From Bacillota bacterium (lineage in GTDB: Bacteria; Bacillota; Sulfobacillia; Fermentithermobacillales; Fermentithermobacillaceae): a DNA stretch of 64,000 bases. The position numbers were made by a program, and so were the translations under genes. Each line of letters opens with the position of its first letter. Positions within the stretch are counted from its first letter, which is position 1. Below are positions 58,601 to 64,000 of the stretch, in pieces. Location: assembly GCA_033810155.1 (NCBI GenBank), contig JAPXKJ010000002.1, forward strand, positions 12,252-76,251, written 5' to 3'. The notes beneath the pieces were generated by a model that saw only the letters and a program-made list of their open reading frames with translations, was not told where the DNA came from and did not search any database.

Positions 58601-60754
58601 TATAATCGGCAATATCTGCTCAGTCAACCACTTAAAACCTGCCCGTTCTGGGACTTCCCCGCCTTGTACCTCAAAATACGCAGACGCCCTCAGAGCTACA
58701 ATTATAATTGCCCTCCAAAGTTTGAACCGCCAAGGATGTCTACGCAAAGCGGTCTCGGCTATCAACATAATCTTCTTTACATAAGTGGTAGCGCTAATTA
58801 TCTCCCCTTCCCTAAGAACCGACCCCTTGGGCCAAGAAGCTCTTGCCAACCTGTTTACAGCAAAAGACAGACGAGCATCGGCTCCTACTTCAAAATCTTC
58901 GATTTCAAGAGTAGCCAACTCCATCAGTTCTTCAAGCCTCTCGATGCCGTAAGCGCCAAATCGCTCTCCAAAAGTCTCTTCACTTATCCCGCTCATCTGC
59001 CTAACAATCTCAGTCGTAAACAACTCTAGATTCTTCCTGGTAAGGTAATCGTCGGGGAGTAAGTATTTCCGCAGCGGATTATTGTCTCCTCCGTATGGAG
59101 GAGGCACTTCTTGCAAAGGAATCTCTTTTCCAGTCGTCTTAATTTCGTGGTTCGGAGTACTTTCATTCCTGTTTTTCTCGCTAAGCTTACTGGATTTAGT
59201 CCGCTTGGTCATATAATTTCTCACACCCTGCGGTTTCATCTTGGAAAGGTTAAGCTGCAAGTCATCTCCTGTATACTCTTTCAGCGATTCCTTAAGTTCT
59301 AAGATAGCTTGTTCCAAAACCTCTGGATCTTTCGCCAAAATAACCACATCGTCTGCAAATCGAAGGTAAATCATAGGACCTGCGGATGTCTTGTCGATTC
59401 TATCTGATAATTCAACCATACGCTCATCTACAGGTGTCAACACAACATTGAGCAAGAATCCTGATATGGCGAGACCCGTTGGCAAACCATCATTTCTTTT
59501 TACAATTTCATTTGAACTAGAGCCTTGTAAAGAAGGCTTCACTTCCAAAGGAGCAAAACCATGGGGACCAATCCACAACCGATCTTCGTTTCCTAATAAT
59601 TCCGAACACTTGTCCGGATTCGCTTCATTATGAGCGTCAGCCTCGTCCCTACAGGCCTTTTCGCCAGAAGATGAACAACTGTCGCAGGGCGCCCATGTGT
59701 TTACGCTATCTTCCCAATCAGAAGGTACGTTCCAAGGCAAGTACGTAACAGAATCAAGTAGTGACATAAGGTGTTCTGCAAGTCTTATCCTTGCGCGTTC
59801 ATTTTGTTCCTGTCTAAGATACTCCCAAGGGTGTTGAATACTGGAACTATGTCCTGAACCCCAATAGGACTCAATAGAATCCTGAAAGCCTTTTGATCTT
59901 GGACGCTTTAAGGACGGAAATTTAGGTCGCCCAAAACCTGTGTATTTCATCTCTTGGGAATCTGTCTTACCTTCTATCTTGTTTCGTACTAACGAAGTCA
60001 TTGTAACTCGGAGTATATTTCTATTCACAGAAGGAAAAGCCATTTTAAGGTCCAGTTTTGCATATGTCAAATCTATCGGTTCTTGGTTCTTCTTTTCCCG
60101 TAGATAATTCAAATAGGGAAGCAGATCGGGATCTTCCTCAAAAATCTCCTCATATTGGAAGGAACTCGAGGATTTTTCGCTGCCAATTACGTAGTAGTTC
60201 GTAAGCCACTGCAACACCCGTCTGAACAGACCATAGCCAGCCGCAAAGCCAGTATAAACTTGCTTGTGATTAAGAGAAAAAGGCGCTTGGAACCAGCGTT
60301 TATTTTTTTCGGATAGTGTTTCGTCCTCTGATTCGGATGATTTTTCGTTTTTCGGTTCCTTTCGAACCCTGGGCCTGTACAGACGATTGCCCATGGAAAC
60401 ATTCGGCATCCTAGCCTCAAGAAAGGGACCTAGTAGGACCATAAATACGGTAAATGCCACCTGATCACGCACTGATGGCATTACAAAGTGTCGAGTATAT
60501 CCGCCTTTTTTAGGATAGGGAATTTCAGGAAAAGGGCCAGGCGAATACGTACCTTGTGCTAACTCATAAGAAAGCTCGCCTAAGTGACGCCAAGGATCCG
60601 CCTTCCATTCCAGAATCTCAGCAGGGTCGTGCCACTCCCCACCAGAGTACCAATTCAATACCTTGTTCCATGCAGCGCGCATCACCCACGGGCTAAAGAG
60701 CACATTAGCTTCTTCTTCTGAATAGGGAAATTTGATATCTGCGATGGAAACCAC
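55604..60754 (-). CDS. Reverse transcriptase fused to a C-terminal carbon-nitrogen hydrolase (nitrilase) domain, DRT1/UG1-like defence-associated RT. 1,716 aa.
   Basis: RT motifs are present: motif 1 (RHFVMPSVRDQVAFTVFMVLLGPFLE), motif A (YAKLDLKMAFPSVNR), motif B' (LPTGLAISGFLLNVVLTPVD), YxDD (YLRFADDVVIL) and motif 6 (LQLNLSKMKP). There is an insertion of about 180 aa between motifs A and B'. The C-terminal roughly 300 aa carries a nitrilase-type E-K-C pattern (MIVFPEW ... ETHK ... VVTICADVL). No retron msr/msd, group II intron or DGR features were seen. The start is GTG with a weak ribosome-binding site. Confidence 0.7.
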   Translation of the reverse strand: MVSIADIKFPYSEEEANVLFSPWVMRAAWNKVLNWYSGGEWHDPAEILEWKADPWRHLGELSYELAQGTYSPGPFPEIPYPKKGGYTRHFVMPSVRDQVAFTVFMVLLGPFLEARMPNVSMGNRLYRPRVRKEPKNEKSSESEDETLSEKNKRWFQAPFSLNHKQVYTGFAAGYGLFRRVLQWLTNYYVIGSEKSSSSFQYEEIFEEDPDLLPYLNYLREKKNQEPIDLTYAKLDLKMAFPSVNRNILRVTMTSLVRNKIEGKTDSQEMKYTGFGRPKFPSLKRPRSKGFQDSIESYWGSGHSSSIQHPWEYLRQEQNERARIRLAEHLMSLLDSVTYLPWNVPSDWEDSVNTWAPCDSCSSSGEKACRDEADAHNEANPDKCSELLGNEDRLWIGPHGFAPLEVKPSLQGSSSNEIVKRNDGLPTGLAISGFLLNVVLTPVDERMVELSDRIDKTSAGPMIYLRFADDVVILAKDPEVLEQAILELKESLKEYTGDDLQLNLSKMKPQGVRNYMTKRTKSSKLSEKNRNESTPNHEIKTTGKEIPLQEVPPPYGGDNNPLRKYLLPDDYLTRKNLELFTTEIVRQMSGISEETFGERFGAYGIERLEELMELATLEIEDFEVGADARLSFAVNRLARASWPKGSVLREGEIISATTYVKKIMLIAETALRRHPWRFKLWRAIIIVALRASAYFEVQGGEVPERAGFKWLTEQILPIIQWVSKDEEVDMEGYLSAGNTKWEWDPRTFRDYPDLKHKCRYADRLRMAQIHRCRERTSFHRTQFWREWSYCINALQKIADGDDEALLGGWLAFFGAEDAKLLLKEFGDISRFASVLYGDWTWKWSKEPFLWWWEQEALIDGCLTVLSAENLNEIHREIMDLPDGNRPFWAESVSYTALDFAEDVLDSLGSSCAQAFRSSLGPEDVRNYAISMILSHDFEVQGRIRELLGRTASYEGQGSFPVASGNNADSGLSSLWLTRYFGNWYTPDENEIAITKREIAAKVLPGTCDPNWASLARVSLWDSLYSKDNPVVTGPFKARYVDDRLTYLWKCFIRLQDYASLRRLLMAHDIYVPTSLFKDWFSIFTGLKDGDGAGAFEKSLYYAFYNLDGEEGVCTERPPRPSQVPSLGLQWPLAWQVWSSARSAAKAGNVVAPSTVCLDDDSFRLLVDFRRNELVNSNERVFQGSFLLGDDQQGDGEGLSSRSKLKTEVIPLGLGHPAPHPLFICLHYLNEGRTPDSQLGALLLWLLEGSERLLDQMFEFHPWILPLSDRKDVRANLMLPYYLMHELEKGFGIISESDVSKRMITATEDQCKELLKDPWIRCVEFHINGGWDLMSPPDGNLHDDSSSYCAEEFNLRLIQGVEIPDYSKWLPSRDRPFFSVSRESMEKVWEEMAASLQQAYSEARVAVGDGRDRGSRPYPDMIVFPEWYVDRGRIRDLRRFSMQSGIAILCGLLPYELPRAVPVVRDVRKVGLRCLVNEAVLIMPGSETRETHKNSSSHGKGYKFDLPTEVYQFSIRKCVPAVSEVGLLRALKDVFPDTDWRFASGNAWKCFFHPRWGNFVVTICADVLASGKWGDLKGSLDHLFILAFNQDIDLYEQVTWAKGYELYANAITVNHGMYGGTTVWTPKHEYRKEIFRVRGSQKGLAIPVSVPVKDLRLAREVQYEYKLMDKEKDWKEKLLKVRGKEETDDVRKRLKDFKTPPPKVRHERDRYERVELGT

Positions 60755-60974
60755 CTTCTACATATTATTAGGTCCAATATTCTATGCACCTGGTATATAT
60801 CCTTTAGTGTATCCTTTAGGAACAAGGTCCCTGCGCTTTTCACATTTAAACGCCATACATGGGGTATCCGATACACGAAGAGAAGGTTAAGATAGTCTTG
60901 CACCGATATTTTGAGTAACGATAGCCCATCTTTTACCCTAGCTTTCCTTCATTCCAGGGATGCCTATTTATCAA

Positions 60975-61375
60975 TCTGGCTCACTCCATAGACCACTTAC
61001 TTCCTCTTCGCCCTCACTACATGAAAAAGTGGCTCATCTGATAGACCACTTTCCTCAGTCTCACCATCATCAGCTCTAAAAAGTGGCTCACTGGTTGAGC
61101 CACTTACGTTTAGAATCAAATAAACATGGATAAAACTGGCTCACCAGGTGAGCCAGTTTTGACCTTCTTATCTGAGTTTCCCTAGAAAGTGGCTCAGTAC
61201 ATATACCACTTTGCTTCTCGGAAGGATGTTATTAATGGAAAAGTGGCCTACTGTGTAGGCCACTTTCCTTGTTCCTCCCTTGCCAACCTACCAAAGTGGC
61301 TCACCACATATGCCACTTTCTTTCCCTCTACCCTAAGAATCTGCCAACAGTGGCCAATGGGATAGGCCACTTCTT
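60975..61375. repeat. Cluster of eight REP-like palindromes immediately upstream of the RT-nitrilase gene. It includes perfect palindromes with compensatory arm changes.
   Basis: AAAACTGGCTCACC-A-GGTGAGCCAGTTTT (61132-61160) and AAAGTGGCCTAC-TGT-GTAGGCCACTTT (about 61240-61267), compared with the family consensus AAGTGGCTCA...TGAGCCACTT. Confidence 0.8.
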
Positions 61376-61384
61376 TGGTGTCCA

Positions 61385-62107
61385 TCACTTATTTTGAAAC
61401 CTCATATCCCGCGCCCTAGCCCGTTCCGAGTATTTCATGTACTGCAGACACATTTCCTCCACACCCTTAGCGTAGACGCTATTTACATCGAATAGTTTAG
61501 TAGGCACATGCTCTGGAACTTTCTCTAGCATGGTATCGATCTTAAGATCTTTGGAAGTGATCGTAATCAAAGTAACGCCTTGCTCGCAACTAAGCTGCGC
61601 CTTCATCAAATCCCTCTCTTTAGTTCGTTCGAACTCAATTTCATCAGAGAATTGAGGAGTGGTTTCGTAATGCTGCCTTCCGTTGAACTCCCAAGCGACT
61701 TTTACGTCAGGCGCAAAACAATCGTATTCAAGGAATTCTTTAGTAAGAGGATTCTGCAAAAACCAAGGCCTGCAATTGTAGATAAAAGGAGCTACATCCA
61801 CAATTAGATCCAACAACAAATTCATTTTGTTCTCACCCCCTCGGGGATGGAACTTATCTACTTCTTTGGCGTGTTCGAGTTTTGCCTTCTGAACCTCTAA
61901 AGGCCCGGTAGGAATCATGACCTTCTTTCCAGGTGTTTCATAGATGAGAAGCCACTGTGCTTCCTGCAAGGAACCGACCAAATTCGTGACTACACTTCGA
62001 TTCATCCCAGTTCGGTCAGCGAGTTCGCGGATGGATTTGGGTTTGAATGCAATTATGCTCATGTACAAAAACTTAGCCCGCGGGTCTATAGAATTATCTG
62101 CTAACAA
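61385..62107 (-). CDS. Winged-HTH (MarR-like) domain fused to a DUF559/Vsr-like endonuclease-fold domain.
   Basis: N-terminal LADRTGMNRSVVTNLVGSLQEAQWL. C-terminal YDCFAPDVKVAWEFNGRQHY...ERDLMKAQLSCEQGVTLITI matches the DUF559 pattern D(F/C)..P...hAhE.DG.QH...D..Rd..L...G..hh.h. Confidence 0.5.
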   Translation of the reverse strand: MLADNSIDPRAKFLYMSIIAFKPKSIRELADRTGMNRSVVTNLVGSLQEAQWLLIYETPGKKVMIPTGPLEVQKAKLEHAKEVDKFHPRGGENKMNLLLDLIVDVAPFIYNCRPWFLQNPLTKEFLEYDCFAPDVKVAWEFNGRQHYETTPQFSDEIEFERTKERDLMKAQLSCEQGVTLITITSKDLKIDTMLEKVPEHVPTKLFDVNSVYAKGVEEMCLQYMKYSERARARDMRFQNK

Positions 62108-62295
62108 AGCACGTGGAACTCGTGTAACTTTCTGCCTCGAAGGAAGTAAAAGTCCACGCTCAATTACCCTTTTTTGAAGAACATCTCGAATCTCACATCA
62201 CCTCCGTGTGTAGCAATACCTTCACTCTATTACCATATACCATATTATACCAGTAAAGGCAAAGGTTACTTACACGAAAGGAAAAAGCAGAAAGA

Positions 62296-62324
62296 GAAGC
62301 AGAAAGTGCCGTCCCCGGTGCTTC
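62296..62324. repeat. Copy of the GAAGCA hairpin motif (GAAGCAGAAAGTGCCGTCCCCGGTGCTTC) in the divergent region between the wHTH-DUF559 and MCP genes.
   Basis: Matches the consensus of the other six copies. Confidence 0.65.
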
Positions 62325-62420
62325 ATTTCAGGTCTAATCCTACAAAACAGCTCCTCTTTGATCGATAACAAAGTAAACAGAAATGTCTATAGCAAGATAC
62401 GAACGTCATCTCTATGGGAA

Positions 62421-64000
62421 GTGATAAATTTGAAACTAAACTTACGGCTTAAAGGCAAATTGGTGCTTTCATACTTGGCAGTCGTGATACTGAGTTGTAC
62501 GCTTTTGGGAGGCATCCTCTTCTCTCAGGTATCCACCAGGACACAGGAAGACTTAGAGGCGCGTCTGCTCAGCATCGTACAAACAGTCGCTCAACACATA
62601 GATGGCGACCAGCACGCCCTCCTTACATCCTATGAAATGGAATCTTCGCCTTTTTACATTCAAGCCCAACGCAAACTTCAACAGGTCATGGAAGCAAACC
62701 CTGATCTGGTCTACCTGTATACTTTGGCAAAAACCCCCGACGGTAAAGTCTATTTCGTGCTAGACGCCGCTGTCGGCGAAGACCACTCGGACCTCGCGAG
62801 CACATATGAATCAAACCCGGACATGGAGAAATCTTTTTCCGGAATAGCGACAACAGTCTCTGATTTTATCACCGATGACTGGGGCACTTTTCTCTCAGGT
62901 TATGCACCTATAAAAGACTCCAAAGGCGAGATTGTAGGCGTTGTAGCCGCGGACATCGCCGCCGATCATGTCCAAGCTGCCCGGAGAAAACTTCTAACAT
63001 CAACCTTTACCATTGGACTAATTGCCGTAGCTATTGCCTCGGGAGTAGGCATTTGGATGTCGTATTCTATTTCTTCGCCCCTTACAAATACAGTGTATTT
63101 GCTCAAAGACATCGCTGAAGGAGAAGGCGATCTTACCAAACGAATTGAGGTAAATTCTAAGGATGAGTTAGGTGATTTAGGGCATTGGTTCAACGTTTTT
63201 GTCGACAAAATCCACAGCATAGTCGCCCAAATCGCATCTGATGCGACTGAGGTTTCCTCCACTAGCGAGGAACTAGCAGCAGGTGGGGCACAAGTAAGCG
63301 CTGCGGCAGAACAGATATCTACTGCAATAGCCGAGGTTGCAAAAGGGGCCCAGGAGCAGACCACCAACGCTGGTAGCGCTACAGAATTCCTTGAGGAGAT
63401 AACACAGGTCATCGAACAGATCGCCCGTGACGCTCAGGCACAAGAAGCTAACACTGAATCAGCAAATGTCATCGTAAACAGCATGATTTCGGCCCTCGAT
63501 TCAGTCGCTTCGGGCCTCGAGAATACAGTAAGAGTAAGCCAGGAGAACCAAGCTTCTGCATCTAACGGAATTGACACAGTTCAAGCGGCCGTAGAAAGCG
63601 TTACCCGGTTGAGAGAGACAACCTCAAACGTAGTTAAGGGCATTTCGCAACTTGACTCACATTCTCAGCAGATAGGACAGATCTTGGAGATAATAAGCGA
63701 CATCGCCGATCAAACTAACCTATTGGCCCTTAATGCAGCGATAGAAGCGGCTCGGGCTGGCGAACATGGGCGTGGATTTGCAGTTGTAGCCGACGAGGTA
63801 AGAAAACTAGCCGAAAGATCCGCCGCCGAAACTAAAGCCATTGAGAACCTCATAAGTCAGACCTTGCGCGATACCAAACACCTGTCAAACACCATCGCTG
63901 AAACCGCAGAAGAGGTAGAGCGCGTAAATGAGCACGTAGGGAAAGCCGGCTCAGCCCTAAGTCAAGTCGCGTACACAGCCGAAGAATCGCAAGCACATGT
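62421..64000 (+). CDS. Methyl-accepting chemotaxis protein with an N-terminal transmembrane segment, a Cache-like periplasmic domain, HAMP and the MCP signalling domain. The 3' end is cut off by the window. The start is GTG at 62421 or TTG at 62430.
   Basis: Open frame from about 62421 to the window end. It carries the conserved MCP methylation/signalling helices ([38 protein letters not shown]). It is absent from the ORF track because there is no in-window stop. Confidence 0.8.
   Translation, partial: MINLKLNLRLKGKLVLSYLAVVILSCTLLGGILFSQVSTRTQEDLEARLLSIVQTVAQHIDGDQHALLTSYEMESSPFYIQAQRKLQQVMEANPDLVYLYTLAKTPDGKVYFVLDAAVGEDHSDLASTYESNPDMEKSFSGIATTVSDFITDDWGTFLSGYAPIKDSKGEIVGVVAADIAADHVQAARRKLLTSTFTIGLIAVAIASGVGIWMSYSISSPLTNTVYLLKDIAEGEGDLTKRIEVNSKDELGDLGHWFNVFVDKIHSIVAQIASDATEVSSTSEELAAGGAQVSAAAEQISTAIAEVAKGAQEQTTNAGSATEFLEEITQVIEQIARDAQAQEANTESANVIVNSMISALDSVASGLENTVRVSQENQASASNGIDTVQAAVESVTRLRETTSNVVKGISQLDSHSQQIGQILEIISDIADQTNLLALNAAIEAARAGEHGRGFAVVADEVRKLAERSAAETKAIENLISQTLRDTKHLSNTIAETAEEVERVNEHVGKAGSALSQVAYTAEESQAH

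Noticed and set aside
62966-63412. 148-aa minus-strand ORF
   Set aside because: It lies antisense within the clearly conserved MCP coding frame. It is an Ala/Ser-rich mirror frame and spurious.
1-64000. Search for transposase, integrase, tRNA or rRNA genes that would mark a mobile-element boundary
   Set aside because: None was recognised on either strand. The boundaries of the RT islet therefore cannot be defined from this window alone.

Overview
This 64-kb window looks chromosomal, from a moderate-GC and probably anaerobic bacterium. Coding is dense and mostly on the minus strand.

Core metabolism and housekeeping content:
- A DUF5320 / DUF134 / NifX-like / MinD-ferredoxin ATPase cluster.
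- thrB and thrC.
- A flavodiiron protein next to a flavin-reductase-rubredoxin fusion.
- Two M81 (MlrC-like) peptidases and an M42 peptidase.
- A five-gene Opp-type peptide ABC transporter.
- A GntR regulator.

The right third (38.7-53.8 kb) is an O-antigen-type polysaccharide cluster. It carries WbpA/B/D/E-like UDP-GlcNAc(3NAc)A enzymes, a 2-epimerase, GT4 glycosyltransferases, a Wzy-like protein and a WecA-like initiating transferase.

Directly after that cluster (53.9-62.1 kb) is the most interesting region, a candidate defence islet. It holds a HEPN-like gene (R-x4-H motif). Next comes about 730 bp with no gene on either strand, which is a candidate ncRNA. The gap abuts the 3' end of a 1,716-aa reverse transcriptase that carries a C-terminal nitrilase (C-N hydrolase) domain; upstream of that RT gene lies a cluster of eight REP-like palindromes. 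This is a DRT1/UG1-like architecture, but larger and with different neighbours than I recall for DRT1. A wHTH-DUF559 (Vsr-like endonuclease fold) gene follows, and then a partial MCP gene runs to the window edge.

Other notable structure:
- Three clusters of one palindromic element family (about 26-30 nt). One cluster is a 267-bp higher-order tandem array of about 4.75 units. Several elements show compensatory double changes that preserve the symmetry.
- Seven copies of a conserved hairpin motif of about 30 nt (GAAGCAAAAAGTGCCGTCCCC-NN-TGCTTC) in intergenic regions.
- A degenerate two-repeat CRISPR-like remnant.
- An AT-rich 600-bp islet.
- Two apparent frameshifts, one in the MinD-like gene and one in an epimerase gene.
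- A partial GmrSD-like (DUF1524) gene at the left edge.

No rRNA, tRNA, transposase or integrase was recognised.
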